Below are positions 25,737-41,199 of a stretch of 64,000 bases of DNA, one piece after another. Every line of letters starts with the position of its first letter. The stretch's first letter is position 1. The notes beneath the pieces are model-generated. The model had not been told where the DNA came from. It saw nothing but the letters and a program-made list of their open reading frames with translations, and did no database searches. Made by a program: the position numbers and the translations under genes. The DNA comes from Eledone cirrhosa (taxonomy: Eukaryota): positions 130,076,001-130,140,000 of the forward strand of contig OZ024741.1 of the NCBI GenBank assembly GCA_964016885.1, given 5' to 3'.

Positions 25737-27310
25737 CTTTTTGCTTACACTCCTCAAGGGATGACACGTAATATCGTCTACAAAGAGGTGCTATAGATGT
25801 TGGTGCAGGTGTTGGAGGTGCTGGAGCTATACCGTCTGGAAAACTGGTAGGGTCATCCATCGCGGACAGATCTGAATCCCAGCGGCACCAGGGCTGCCAT
25901 CTTGCAACTTTGGTCTACTAAATTCGCTATTGGAAGATTATTAACCCATCATTGATTGTCCAAAATGCTAATTGGTTCGTAATTTTTAATAACCGGTTCA
26001 ACTGCTTTATGCATCTAATTGATAAGCTTATTCGCTTTCAAGCCACGTTTACCTGTATGTAACTTTTCATAGCAAATGAACAAACCCGAGCAACGCCGGG
26101 CTAAACTGCTAGTCTAAAATATATTTATAGGGGTGTTCTTACAAAAAGAATGTCGGAATGATAAATAATGCCAGAATTAAAATGATGTAGGAAATTAAAA
26201 TATTAAATATATATATTAAAAATATTATAAATATTAGAGGTATAAAAAATTTCAGAAATATTAAAAATATTTAAAAAATATTAAAATATTAAAAAAATTT
26301 ATATTTAAATTTTTTAAGAAAATAGGATCATTTTGAAGGTTTATAGGGATATTATAAATTAAAAATACTTCTGAACGTGGAATTTTGGCGATGTTTGCAA
26401 AAATAATTCTATTCTGAGATCAATAGAGTTTTGACAGTTAATTATATAAAAAATTTCTTCGATACACAATTTACAGAATCTTGATAAAACCGTATTTTTG
26501 TATGCAAGTGCTTACGAAATCTTTCTCCAATATATTGAATATTCTATATTATTGTCTTTTAAATTCCATATAAGATGTGAAAGAAAGTGAAGTAGAAGAT
26601 TTTTTATCTGATATTCTAAGAGTATGATTATGGTTATTCCAGCCTTCTTTAAATTTTGTTGAAGTGGCACCAACATAGTTAACTATTTTGTCGCTAGTTT
26701 TAACTGTTCATTTACAAACTATGTTTTTGTCTAAACAATTATTTTGTAAAGGGCATTTTGATTTGATTCTACAGTTACAATTACTAGAGTTATTGTTGTT
26801 CAGAACGGGACCATTATTCTGAGTATCGTTGTTAGAAATATTATTATTGGTATTTTGGTTAGTTTTGTTAGGGTTTAAATATAAATTTAAGTTTCTATTA
26901 TTAATTCTATTTATATTTTGTGCTATGTTCATAGTAGTAGAGTAGGATAGTTTTATAGTGTGTCTGTTAAAAATAGAGTGGTATCTGTAGGTTTTAGGAA
27001 AACATTTATCTAGTGCTTTAAAGAACAGCTATGCTAAAGGTGTTTTAACGCTTAATGAGAATTGGGGAGAGTACCAAATAATATTTCTAGTTCTAGTTTT
27101 TTTGTTTGGTTTAGTGTCTAAGTTAATACTAGGATGATATATCATGTCATTGTTATCTATGTATTTATTCTATTTGAGTATCCTGCTCTATGTAAAGCTT
27201 CATTATAATATTCAGCCTTATCATCAAAAATATTTTTATTAAGGGAGATGCGTGAAATCCGTTGTTGGACACTATTGACAATAGTGTTTTTAATACTTTT
27301 AGCATGATTA

Positions 27311-27368
<58 letters not shown>

Positions 27369-27439
27369 TTATTTATTTATATATATATATATTGAATATG
27401 ACAAAAGACCAAGGTTAACAACTTAAATTCATTCTTTAA

Positions 27440-27556
27440 TTTCTACGTCCGTTTCAATACGGTTGCAATGATCATACTTATGTAAACAACTGAAAATAAT
27501 TAATTGCCAATTATTAACACCGTACATAATACCTATAACTGCATTTCCTCAGGAAA
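27440..27556 (-). ncRNA. Type I HHR with extended stem II
   Basis: Minus strand TTTC-CTGAGGA-AAT..(about 90 nt)..ATT-GAAA-CGGACG-TA-GAAA. Confidence 0.65.
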
Positions 27557-28059
27557 ATGTGAGAAAGAATAAAATTGAGATGAAGTAAAATGAAGTAAAC
27601 GAACATGAAACGACATAAAATTGTTTAAAACAATAAATATTACATATTTTTATATTCTTTTAGTTAGGTGTAGAAATATACATGTGGTAATTTAAAAATA
27701 GAAATATATGTGTAGGTAGAATATGCAGCGTAATCCAGCTGGACTAAGGAACAAGGAAAAAAAGAGAAAGAAAAAGTATGATAACATAAGGTAAGGTAAT
27801 ATAAGGAAATGAAGCAGTGAAGAAATCGTTTAAAAATCTCTAAGAAACGATGATGTCTCGCGGTACGAATGACATGACGTAAGTGGAAACTGAGATACTG
27901 CCTGTTCATGGCATAAATTCATATGTGCATCATGTTTGTGCTTGCGTGTATATAAATGTGTGAATGAATTCATATACTCGCGAGTATGTCCGTTTCTATT
28001 TATCTCCGACCCCTCTCTCTTTCCCTCTCTCTCTCTCTCAGTATATATATATATATATA

Positions 28060-31000
28060 GATTCTCTCGCCCACCAAAATCGCTATTACTCCCACTCTCT
28101 CTAACTACCCCATATCCCTCCCTCCCGCCCCCACTCTCCACCTTTACTATTTGGACCAATCACAAGTCAACGGCCTATGCTATCACTATTGGCTGCTTTT
28201 CGATATGATGGATGGACTAAGGAATTTCTGGAGAGTCTGAAGAATCTGGACACTCGATGACAATGCCAAAGATAACGACAAATTCACCTCATGCTGCCGG
28301 ACGAAAGGGCAAGGCCCCCCCCTCTTTGTTTCGGCCGCGGATGGCCAACATAACCCCAAACTCATTCCCCTCCCCCCTCCCCGCGCCCCATCCTCCAAAC
28401 ACAATCCAAAACTTCAGAGTTGGTACCATGAACGTAGGCACCTTAAAAGGCCGCTCTAACGAGGTTGTAGAATTGCTTGAACGTAAGGAGGTTGATGTTT
28501 GCTGTATCCAAGAGACCAGGAGGAGGGGCGGGTCTGCTAGATTCATTGTGGGTAAAAAACGTTGCTATAAGCTTTTTTGGGTGGGGAATGACAATGGGAT
28601 AGGTGGGATAGGAATCATGTTAGCAGAAAAATGGGTGGATAAGATAATAGATGTAAATAGAGTGAATGACAGAATAATTAAAATAAGACTTGTTCTAAAC
28701 AGAACTACTGTGACAGTAATATCTGCATACGCGCCCCAATCCGGACTGCCTGGCGCTATAAAAGACAGATTCTATGAGACACTGATGCTCACTACCTCCC
28801 AAATAACCGACAGTGACTATATAATTATTGCTGGCGACCTAAATGGTCACGTTGGACAACATTGTGACGGCTATGACGGAATCCACGGAGGCTATGGGTT
28901 TGTTACTAGAAACGAGGAAGGCTCCAGAATCCTGGAATTCTGTGATGCAAACAACCTAACTATCTGTAACACTAACTTCAAAAAACGAGACAATCACTTG
29001 ATCACCTACAGATCAGGAGAACATACCAGCCAGGTAGATTATATCCTTACCAGAAGACGTGACAGAGTGTCTGTTGTAAGCACTAAATCCCTCCCCCATG
29101 AAGAATGCACCTCCCAACATAGACAGATAATTAGCGACCTCATAGTCAGGACGAGACGTACTAGACAGCAGAAGAGGACTATCCTCAGGAGAAAAATATG
29201 GAAGCTAAAGGATCCCACAGCCAGAAATAAATTTCAAAGCATATTACTTGATGCTTTCGACAGTAAGGAAGAGCAATTAGAGTCGTACAAGGTAGAGGAA
29301 CAGTGGGAATTCCTGAAAGCAAACCTGCTGATGGCGGCAGACGAAGTCTGTGGCTGGAGCAGGCCTGTAGGCAGGAGGAGAGTAACATGGTGGTGGAACA
29401 GTAGGGTGGAGGGGTCAATCAAGGCCAAAAAGCAGGCTTGGAAAGCATGACGGGATGGGGGAAGTAGAGAAGACTATCAAGTGGCCAGGAGGGAAGCTAG
29501 GAGACAAGTGTACTTCGCAAGAAGGGAAGCAGAGGAAAGAAAGTTCAAGCATGTTCTACAACGCGAGGACCAAAAACGTGAGGTGTTCAGGATTGCTAGA
29601 CAATGTGTCAAGGAAAACCGTGATATTGTCGGAGAGAAGTGTGTACTTAACGATGATGGCGTACTTGCCATCACTGACGCTGATAAGAAGGTAGCTTGGA
29701 AGTGTCACTACGAAAGGCTACTAAATGAGGAGAATAAATGGGAGAAAGACAGTCTCCCCCACATCGACCCAATAGAGGGACCAGCAGTGTTAGTCGAAGG
29801 TAGTATAATAAGTAAGGCAATCAAAGATATGAAGACGGATAAGGCGGCTGGGCCTTCGGAAATAGTTGCTGAGATTCTGAAAGCCTCCGGTACGGTGGGA
29901 CACACCATGGTCACCCGGATAGTAAACCAAGTCATACAGAATGGGGTTGTTCCGAAGGACTGGCGTAGCAGCATCATCGTTAACTGTTACAAGGGTAAAG
30001 GAGACGCCCTAGATAGGAGTAACTATAGAGGCATTAAATTAATCGACCAGGTCATGAAGGTCACGGAAAAAGTAATAGCGCAACTAATCAGAGAGAGAAT
30101 TGATCTAGATGAAATGCAGTTCGGGTTTGTGTCAGGCAAAAGTACCACAGACGCTCTTTTCATTGTACGACAACTACAGGAGAAGTACCTAGCTAAATGT
30201 AAACCCCTATACTTAGCTTTTGTCGACTTGGAGAAAGCCTTCGACAGAGTCCCCCGTTCCATTATCTGGTGGGCTCTTAGAAAACTAGGTGTTGACGAAT
30301 GGCTTGTGAGAGCTATACAAGCCATGTATAAAGAAACAGTGAGCAAGGTTAGAATTAACAACGAATATAGTGAAGAGTTTAGCGTAAAAGTTGGTGTCCA
30401 TCAGGGCTCTGTTCTTAGCCTCCTACTATTTATTATTGCCCTTCAGGCTATAACAGAGGAGTTCAAGACCGGCTGCCCATGGGAACTCCTATACGCAGAT
30501 GATCTAACGCTCATAGCTGAATCAATGGCCGAGCTAGAGAAGAAATTCCAAACATGGAAGCACGGCCTAAAATCAAAAGGCCTTAAAATTAACCTGGCTA
30601 AGACTAAAGTTCTAGTTTGTAGGAAATAAAATAAGGCGCCGGTCCCTTCCGGGAAATGGCCATGCTCAGTGTGTAGGAAAGGCGTAGGTAGAAACTCCAT
30701 TTTATGTCCCAAATGCAAAGTATGGGTGCATAAAAGATGTAGTGGGATTACAGGTAAGCTAACTAAGAACACAGATTTTACATGTGGCCGGTGCTCTGGT
30801 GAAATAAGTAGCAGCAAGTGCCCACAAAATACTAGCTCTTTCAATTGCGCAGAGTGTTCTATAGAAATAGTGGACAGCTTCCGTTACCTGGGTGACAAAA
30901 TCAGCAGTGGGGGAGGGTGCTCTGAAAGTACAGTAGCTAGAGTCAGAACTGGATGGAAAAAGTTCAGAGAGCTTATACCACTATTAGCTGCTAAAGGGTT

Positions 31001-31928
31001 CTCCCTAAAAATGAAAGGCAGGTTGTATGATGCCTGCATACGAACAGCAATGTTGCATGGCAGTGAGACCTGGGCATTGTGTGCAGAGGATATACGCAGA
31101 CTAGAGAGGAACGAAGCTTGCATGCTCCGCTGGATGTGTAATAGTAATATACGTGAACGGCAAACCATAAACGAACTAAGGAAAAAATTAGAAATAGGAG
31201 GGATCAGATGTTGTTTACTCGAGAGAAGGCTACGTTGGTATGGTCACGTGATGCGCATGAAAGACGACAGCTGTATAACAAAGTGCAGGGCAATAAAGAT
31301 AGATGGTAGCCACGGAGTAGGCAGACCCAGAAAAACCTGGGACGAGCTGATAAATTCCGACCTCACACACTTACACCTCTCCAAGACAATGTCACTGGAC
31401 CGAGACCTTTGGCGGTATTCAGTAACAGAGAAGACCCGCCTTACCTAAATACAAAGTATAACCTACTACAGTCAGTAGGCATCTCTAACAAAATACACCC
31501 CGTCCCACCACCCCCACCCCATCCACACCGCCCCTTTCAATGCAAAGTTATGTTGGTGCCACAACATCCAGGCCGAAACAAATGAGATCGTGTAGGTGTC
31601 ACAACAAAAAACACACAGCCCACGCTGTAATGTGGCCGTGTAGGCAAGACGGTAAAAACCTCCCAGTCCCACACTGTAATTGTGGTTGGTGTTAGAAAGG
31701 GCATCCAGCTGTAGAAAACACGCCAGACAGTCCTCGCTGTAATGTGGCCGTATAGGCAACACGGTAAAAACCTCCCAGACCCACACTGTAAATGTGGTTG
31801 GTGTTAGGAAGGGCATCCAGCTGTAGAAAACCCGCCAGACAGTCCTATGCGAGCAAGACAACCACTCTTGCCTCAAGTGGGAAAACCCCCGTCCAAACCC
31901 ATGCAAGCGTGGAACATGGACGTTAAAC

Positions 31929-31966
<38 letters not shown>
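28060..31966 (+). mobile_element. Near full-length RTE-clade LINE with (GAT)n tail
   Basis: Single frame 28257-31448 broken by two stops (29448, 30627). APE motifs GTMNVGTL/CIQET/GDLNGH/SQH, RT LEKAFD, LLYADD, LHGSETW and RRLRWYGH. The 3' UTR has a duplication of about 120 bp. Confidence 0.93.
28257..31448 (+). pseudogene. RTE endonuclease/reverse transcriptase with two nonsense mutations
   Basis: ORFs 28257, 29481 and 30669 are in the same frame. Confidence 0.9.
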
Positions 31967-31967
<1 letters not shown>

Positions 31968-31973
31968 ATATAT

Positions 31974-32012
<39 letters not shown>

Positions 32013-32064
32013 AAGAGAGAGGGGGCGGAGATAAATACACACACACACACATATATATATATGT

Positions 32065-32430
<366 letters not shown>

Positions 32431-32729
32431 TAGTAAAATGTAAAATTGTCAGAATATACATAACGTATCAATGAAAAGAGATCGCTTAAAGCATCTCATT
32501 CAGAGAAGCAAATACATCTAGATCTTGTACAACGTCTTATAGAAACTGACAGAGGAGAAGATTACCGTAGAAGCTTCTCTCCATGGTTCAATGAAGAATT
32601 GAACATATTAACGGGTATATATATTTTCTTTATTCTTTCACACCTTACAGAATTAATCTTCTGATCCATTCTGTTAACTGTAGCCATATCAATCAATTGA
32701 AGTTCTATCTCTTATTCTTTGGACTTTAA

Positions 32730-35700
32730 AACTTGTTACGATGAATTTTTTGACCCCAGGGAGAGATGCTTTTACTGTAATCTACCCCTCTGTGATTTAT
32801 GAGACGATATGTAAGTATGTTATCTCTTTCTCTTAATTTCGAGTATATTTTTTTGACCGGCCACCTTCCTGGTGGCAAGGTTGTAAAAGAAAAGAAATTG
32901 TCATCCATTGAATCGCAAGAATGTTTTGCAAATTTTGAAGGTGCCAGCTATCGCAGCCATTTGTAGCCTATGAATTAGGGAGCTGCGCTCTTTGTCCGCA
33001 AATCCAAGTTCAGTCATACTTTGGTCCAAGCGGGTTGGTATATAACCCGTAGCTCCAATAATGATGGGTATGAAGCTAAAGGTGTATCTTGGATACTGGA
33101 TTTGTAGACTCCTCATCAATGGTCCGTAGATGTCCTCCTTATCCTGTATTTTTCTGACAACGTTTACATCAAGTGGGCAGCTGATCTCCACAACAGAACA
33201 CGTTTTCAATGTGTGGTCCCAAACAACAATATCAGGCCGGTTGTGCTTTAATTTGGTGGCAGTTTTTATTTTCAGGTTCCACCAGTATTCCTTAGTGCCA
33301 TCTGTCTCAATATATTCTTCCACGTTTGTTGTTAATTTTGTTTTCCGAACTGCGTTCCAGATGGTTCTAGCTATCCCATCGTGTCTCATGGGGAGGTAGT
33401 AGCGAGATGACATTCTTTCGCAGCTGGCAACAATGTGGCTTACATCCTCGATCTTTGTTTTACATAGCCTACATTTATTGTCAGCTGCTGGCCCTCCCCT
33501 TTTGTGTAGCAGATATTTGGTAGGGTGTCCTTGTTCCTGTATTGCATAGAGATATCCCTCAAGGTGTGATGTCATAAATTTGTCGGAACTCCATGCCAGG
33601 CTTTTTGAGTGGTTTATCCCGTCTATGGTCTGTGTTTTACGTCTCAAGTATCCATGCACAACTTTTTCTGTAAATTGGTCAATTTTTTCATCTTGTTTGA
33701 ACATTGAATAGGATCTTCCGATTTCTCTGGGTGAGAGATTAATATGAGGCTTTATTCCATATCTCTCCTCCACATCAGTCGCTATTCTAATGATTTTTTT
33801 TTCATGCTCATAAACCAGGGCAAGATGGTTGCCAACCTTTTTCCTCTGTTGAAGGTGTTGCTTCAGTGTTACTATCCGGGTCTCATATGTTGTTAATATG
33901 GATTTTAGATCCCGGCCACCTCCCTTGCGTGAGAAGTATAGCCTATCCACATCACCATTGATGTTAAAGTTCCCAGTAACACTGAGAAGTTTGCGAGTTC
34001 TAACATCCATCTCACTTAGTTCTTGCAATGACCAGTTCAGCAGGCCAAATGTTGGTGTTAGAATTGGCACAGCATAAGTTTTGTGGGCAATGTATTTGTT
34101 GTACGCTGACAGTTCTGATGACCATATTTTCTTTACTTTCTGAGGTATTCAGTTCTGGTTCTCTCCTTATTTATGGGTCCATCATATCTGACATTCTCAT
34201 CCTGTCCAAGATATCTGTAGTTGTCACCTGACTGTAGAGGTTGTATTGTCAGGCCGTTAATCTCTAGATTTCTAGGGGAGGGCACAGCTCTTCCACGTTT
34301 TACTGCCAAATATGCACACTTGGACTCACCAAATTTCATTTTGATGTCTGTTGAAAATTGTGTAACGAGGTCCAATTGTTTCTTGATGTCATTGATATTT
34401 GGCCCATACAACTTCAGGTCATCAACAAAGAAAAGATGGGAGATACTACTGGACCCACATCTTTGTCCACCTTGTTTCCTGAGTAGGTAAGATAGTGGAT
34501 TTAGTAGTGAGAGAATGAAGAGTAGCACTGATAAGCTATCACCCTGAAAGATGCCCTTCTGGTAATGTATCTTATCAGTCTTAACTTGCTCCTTCTCACC
34601 TCTAAGGATCAAATTGGTGTACCAGTTCTTGGTCAAGCGTTCAACAGCAGCTACCAATGGTTGTGGGACTTTAGCTAACTGTAAAGTTTTAATAATCCAC
34701 CCATGAGGTACACTATCAAATGCTTTTTGATAGTCCAGCCACACCACAGTCATGTTTCTGTGATTCTTTGTTGTTTTTTCCTGAATCATTTTATTAGGTA
34801 GTAGGTGATCTATGCAACCCCACACTTCCCTCTTTCCACCAGCTTGCTCAGGTGTTATGATATTGTTGGTAGCACAGTGATCCTGTAAGAACAGGTTAAG
34901 GCACCCAGTATATAATTTATACATGATGTTTTGGCAGGCTATTGGGCGGTAATTTTTAGCAAGGGTGGTTTGGTTATTTTGGGGAATGAGGAGAGTAGTG
35001 GCAGTTGATAACCATCTGGGCAGTTCTTGTGTGTCTTTAATGGTTTCTGTAAACAGCCGTATGAGATCTTGTCGATAGAAAGTGAAATTCTTCAACCAGT
35101 ATCCTGTAATGAGGTCTGGGCCTGGTGATTTCCTATTCGACATTTTCTGTAGAGCTGTTTCCAGTATTGACCCATCTATGTCATATTGTTTTGTCTGGAC
35201 ATTTTGGCAGCAGTCCTGTTCCAGTTCTTTTAGACAATTAGTTTGTCTGTTGAATCCGTCATCCGTTTCCCATACAGATCTCCAGTAGCTCTCAACCTGT
35301 TCTTTTGAAGGGGTGTCATTTACAGGGATTGAGCTTTTGTCACCGAAGCTGCGATAAACTGATTTAGGATCTCTGGCAAACAATCTATTTAGCACTTGTC
35401 GTTTATGTGCTGTTGACTTATATTTTAGTCTTTCTGTTGTAGCTGTGAGTTGTTGCTTCAACTGGTGTAATTTGGAGTTCAAAATTTTAAATTTTGTATC
35501 TCCAAATCGTCTCTCTAACTTTCTTTTAGGTCTTCCTGGTGTCGTGTGAAGTTGCTCTCTATGTTGCATTTCATAACGACTGCGATGTGTGAGATACTTC
35601 GTCTCAGGGACAAAATTTTGCTTTTTAAATTTCGCATCCACGCTAGTTGAGGCTTTTTGTTTGTATCTTGATTGCGTGGTTTTAGGTGTGTGTTATATGA

Positions 35701-35835
35701 TAGCAATGTGACAGCTGAAACATATATCAAAATATTGAGCGTTTCAAATGTCGTTTCTACACCTTTAGATCGTATAGCCTTCAGATAATTGCCAGCTATT
35801 TCGTTCAACGCTTCCAATTCCAATTTAGTAGGTTC
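32730..35835 (-). mobile_element. 5'-truncated R4/Dong-type retrotransposon (RT, CCHC, RLE); 3' boundary uncertain
   Basis: ORFs 34133-35641 (KSPGPD, NYRPIAC, DYQKAFD, GIFQGDSLS, FFVDD) and 32901-34070 (CRLCKTKIEDVSHIVASC, RPDIVVWD, VEISCP). Confidence 0.9.
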
Positions 35836-35919
35836 GTATGTATGTATGTATGTATGTATGTATGTATGTATGTATGTATGTATGTATGTATGTATGTATG
35901 TATGTATCTATCTATCAGG

Positions 35920-36522
35920 TCACCACTTGGTGCTACTGGTAACATGTATCCCAGTACAACCTGTCTCATGGTCGGGTCGTTGGTGACTAAACTGGCAACC
36001 CCACCAAGGTTTCTTGGTGAGGAGGGTGACTTTGGACATCCTGCAGGAATAAAAACAAAACCTGTCAAAAGGCAAAGGAGCTCTTAAGAGTCAATGGCCA
36101 TCCAAAATCACCGGGAGAGATGACCCCTTAGCCTTTGTCAAGGCAGAATTCTAGGAGAAGGAAAACTCTGATATAACACCTGCAACTCTGATGGTATGCA
36201 ATGATGTTGACTTGTTCTCCTTTTTGGTAAATATCATCTTGGTTAAGAGAGTGGGACTGGCTTTGTGCAGTGCCTTTGCTCACTATAAAAGCTTCATGGC
36301 ACAGGCATTGCTTTATATCTGGAGATCTCTCTGCACTTGTCCTCACATGGTACCATGGGCCCAGCACTATGTGTCAATAATTGTCACAAGTGTAGTGTTT
36401 GTACCAGAGTTTTCAAGTCGCTGGCTGGACTAAAAAGTCACACTCGTTCAGCGCATCGGTAGGGGTTCTCCTACATGGATATAAAGTAGTGGCCGTACTC
36501 GGAAACGAGTTGGCAGCCACCA
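35920..36522 (+). mobile_element. RTE-like 3' fragment, copy of 19367-19930
   Basis: High similarity by eye; flanked by (TATG)n and (TATC)n. Confidence 0.8.
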
Positions 36523-36579
36523 TCTATCTATCTATCTATCTATCTGTGCCCCTCTCTCTCTCTCTATCTATCTATCTAT

Positions 36580-36627
<48 letters not shown>

Positions 36628-37459
36628 TCATCATCATTTTACGTCCGCACTTCCCTGTATATATATATATATATATATTGTCTTTACGCATGTGTTTTTG
36701 TAAATATAATTTTTGTAAAAATAAATGTCCAACGCAATGCGTGGTAGGAGGGGGGTAAATGAGGATCTTAGTCGGAAGTGTGAGCAATTCTATTGGTATA
36801 GAAGTATATATCTTTTAGATGGTTGTAAGTAAATATATATGCGAAGACTTTTCTAAAAGTGAATTACTGCAGATCTGTGATCTGTTTACTGGACTCCCTG
36901 GTGCTCTGGGCAGTGGTGCTTCCAAGTACAAATATATATTTTCTGAAATGAGGACATGATGTAATGAATTCACTTTTAGAATTATGATATTCTTTGGGGG
37001 AATCTAGTCCTTGAAAATTAGGGTCTTTTTACTTTTGCTAATACATAATAAAAACCATCGAATCCAACGCCTCCCTTAAAATCAGTATAATTATTTGGAA
37101 AACGTATGCTTATATAATGAAAAACATATATTATAGCATCCTTACACGCTAATGAAAGTTTTTTTTTTGTCCTAATATGCTTTAGAGAGGGGCCTCAAAT
37201 TTCATATAGCTTAGAGCCTCAGCAGGTGAAATGCAGGCCCTGGTTACATAACTCAGAGCGACATAGGATACGTACAATAAATCCCGGCTTGAAAATGTTT
37301 TGAACGTTTGAATGATAACGATGGAAAACAATGATTCGTTTCTCATTCTATTTTCTTTTGTGCATATTTTTGAGAAGCTGGATACTCTCTATATAACATA
37401 AACTGTTCGTATATAGGAAGGCATTTTGGAATGTCTATTTCTATGTATGTATCTCCCCA

Positions 37460-37492
<33 letters not shown>

Positions 37493-37496
37493 GACA

Positions 37497-37710
37497 GTCG
37501 ATCAACTTTTGTCGAATCGGACCGAGGAAACAATGTTTCCATTGGTCTTTCCAATTGCTAATACTATCTATCGGTCGCAACTCCAGGTAGAAGGAGCAAC
37601 GTGAAATAAAGTGTCTTGCTCAAGGACATAACGCATCGCCCGGTCCGGAAAACGAACTCACAACCTCATGATTGTGAATCCAATTCTCTTACCTCTCAGC
37701 CACACGCCTT
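37497..37710 (-). mobile_element. tRNA-derived SINE (family B, CORE-like domain)
   Basis: Reverse complement of 60828-61040; contains GTCCTTGAGCAAGACACTTTA. Confidence 0.75.
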
Positions 37711-37723
37711 CACTCTCTCTATG

Positions 37724-37776
<53 letters not shown>

Positions 37777-37836
37777 GTCCTTAGCCGTCAATCTACCTCT
37801 CAGTCTGCTATCTTTTTGTTAAAATGCATAAATAAT

Positions 37837-37908
<72 letters not shown>

Positions 37909-38254
37909 TGTATGTGTGTGTCTATGTGTGTGCGTGTGTGTACCTGTGTATGTGTACGTGTACGTGTGTGTTATGTGTGGCTTAAGTTAGTGAGGAGGTC
38001 ATGAATATTTTACAGGACGTTCAACTTCTATGAGCTCAAATCCAAAATAATTAACAAATATATACATAAATCATATAAAAATATATGCTAATAAAAATCT
38101 TATATTAATGATAATCATACTATTCTCTATGTGTATATTATTATTATCTTTATTATTATTGTTATTTCTTTTATTTTTAATAAACGCATGTTTTTATAAA
38201 TGTATGGCTAAGAACTGATTTAAGACATGGAGTCTGGATAATATGATAACTATA

Positions 38255-38900
<646 letters not shown>

Positions 38901-39419
38901 TATATAAACATACATACGTATGTCTGTGGCCGTGTGTATGCATGTATACATAAATGTATAAATGTATCTATGTATGTATACAAGAATGTATGTGTGTATG
39001 TAATTACGCGCGTCAATTCGTTAAACTCTGATAGGACATCGAACCTTCACCTCTTCTACTCTGTCATCAAAAACAAACTAGCTACAATAGGTAGTTGCCC
39101 CTTCAATGTTGAGACACACTACAATGGTGTGTATATGTATGTACGATACAGACTATAACTACGGACTGTTACAGCTACCTCCACCCCATTTCTTTATTAC
39201 GTATGATAATGTCAAGTTGGTTGGGTCAATATACTTGTCTGACCAATGACCTATCCCACCAATATGACTGCAAATGTGTCAGATTGATGCTGGCGTCTCC
39301 GTCTTTCTATGTGTGTATATGTGTGTATATTGTGTGTATATGTGTGTATATGTATATGTACACGTGTCTCGTTTATGTGTCGGTGTTTCAATGCCTGAAT
39401 GTCTACTTGTATGAGTTTA

Positions 39420-39481
<62 letters not shown>

Positions 39482-39597
39482 TTTAACTATATATAAATAT
39501 ATATATATATGATTTTAACTATATATAAATATATATATATATATATGATTTTAACTATATATAAATATATATATATACATACACACACACACACATA

Positions 39598-39661
<64 letters not shown>

Positions 39662-39877
39662 AACATACACACATATATATATGTGTGTGTGTGCGAGTAG
39701 GTATTCATGTATGTGAGCATGATTATAAATGAGTGATTATACTATGTAATTCTTCCAATGTTCTTTGTATAAATGGTTGTATACATATATGAGTGAATGT
39801 ATATCTGTGTGTATATTTGTATGCATGTATGTAAGCATTTGAGCATGGACATGTGTGCTTATATATATATATGTGTG

Positions 39878-39955
<78 letters not shown>

Positions 39956-40412
39956 GGTCTCTAAGCATGCATGTATGTAAGTATGCAAGTATATATGTAT
40001 GTATGTATGTATGTATGTTCGTAATGCATGTATGTAAGTATGAAAGTATATATATGTATGTATGTTCGTAAGTATGTATGTGTGTGTGCACATGTATGTA
40101 TTGTATGAATGTATATATGTGTATGTATAGGTATACATTCTTCTTCGTATATAAACCCGGAAATAGACTGTCAAACAATGTCGAACTAGTCCCATTGTTG
40201 TCATCAAGGTGGCGGCACTGTTGGCACACACATCACTAAATATTAACTGGAAGTAGAAAATAAAATTGCAATTGTAGGTATCTACTAATGCCACTGTCAT
40301 ATCAATATCTGAACTATTTTCTAAACAGTCTTTTACAAATGGGTTTCTCAGGAAACCCAAGTTTCCATGAAAATATTCCAAGACACTGTGAGTCAAATGA
40401 GTGTATGTCTAA

Positions 40413-40457
<45 letters not shown>

Positions 40458-40551
40458 AAAATTGGACGGGAACGAAAACAGAGAGGCAGACAGATAAAGG
40501 TTTATTAGATTCACGATGTTTAGAGGGGGGGGGGGGGGATATATATATATA

Positions 40552-40752
40552 TTAGAAAGTGAGGTTTTTTACAAAATGAAAAATAACCGAGATGTCCTAC
40601 ACGAGTGAAAGTATAAGAAAAGAATATGAAATCGAAAATGCAACTGGAGTCTTTTTTTAAAAAATATATATTTATTTGGATCCTTTACAGCTTTCGCAGT
40701 TCTTCTGCTTTTCAAAAGTAGAATTGAGATGGAGGGTTTGTGGTTTTTCTCG

Positions 40753-40804
<52 letters not shown>

Positions 40805-40840
40805 CGAGAAAAACCACAAACCCTCCATCTCAATTCTACT
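40552..40840 (+). mobile_element. (TA)n-associated short element with a 38-bp inverted copy across the TA tract; family also at 60362-60510
   Basis: GTAGAATTGAGATGGAGGGTTTGTGGTTTTTCTCGCAA-(TA)n-TTGCGAGAAAAACCACAAACCCTCCATCTCAATTCTAC. Confidence 0.7.
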
Positions 40841-41011
40841 ATATATATATATATAGGAAACTGTGCTTCGAAAGATCGAGGCGTATCTGAGTATCTTGCG
40901 ATTTCAGAGTCAGGTTCGATCATTGCATCGGTTGTGCCTCGAGCTGGTCGCCAGAGAAACGATTGTAATATGTCTAATAAATTTTTATTTTCTTATGTTA
41001 TATATATATAA

Positions 41012-41068
41012 TTTATCTGATGAAAACGTACTGAAGCACCATTGTACCTTTGAAATATGTATAATAAA
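41012..41068 (+). ncRNA. Type I HHR in a PLE pLTR fragment
   Basis: TTTAT-CTGATGA-AAA..GTAC..GTAC..TTT-GAAA-TATGTA-TA-ATAAA. Confidence 0.7.
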
Positions 41069-41199
41069 ATATATACTTTGGTTATAATATTTCTCATTTA
41101 TTAATATTTTGAATAATATTATAGATACTCTAGATAAATCTGTCGAGTGCTTCTAAACTATTGTAAAATTGAATTCGTTGAATAATTAACGAACCATAT

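Larger units (their letters stand above)
22351..26112 (+). mobile_element. Helitron, internally deleted, with Rep-Pif1 helicase pseudogene
   Basis: 5' A|TC start, 3' hairpin CCCGAGCAACGCCGGG followed by CTAG|T. Motifs WQKRGLPHAHILI, KYICKYVNKG, DAPGGTGKT, IVWDE, GDFRQ and QFPVRPCFAMSINKSQGQTL. Confidence 0.92.
21400..27312 (-). mobile_element. AT-rich Penelope-like element (3' part), interrupted by a Helitron
   Basis: GIY-YIG-type region CNCRIKSKCPLQNNCLDKNIV...YVGATSTKFK at 26600-26930. Terminal HHR 21443-21495 (TAT-CTGATGA..GAAA-TATATA-TA-ATA). (TA)n on both sides. Confidence 0.7.

Noticed and set aside
32468-32665. Open coding-like stretch LDLVQRLIETDRGEDYRRSFSPWFNEELNILTG
   Set aside because: An in-frame stop lies just upstream, no compatible acceptor was found, and the peptide is not recognised.
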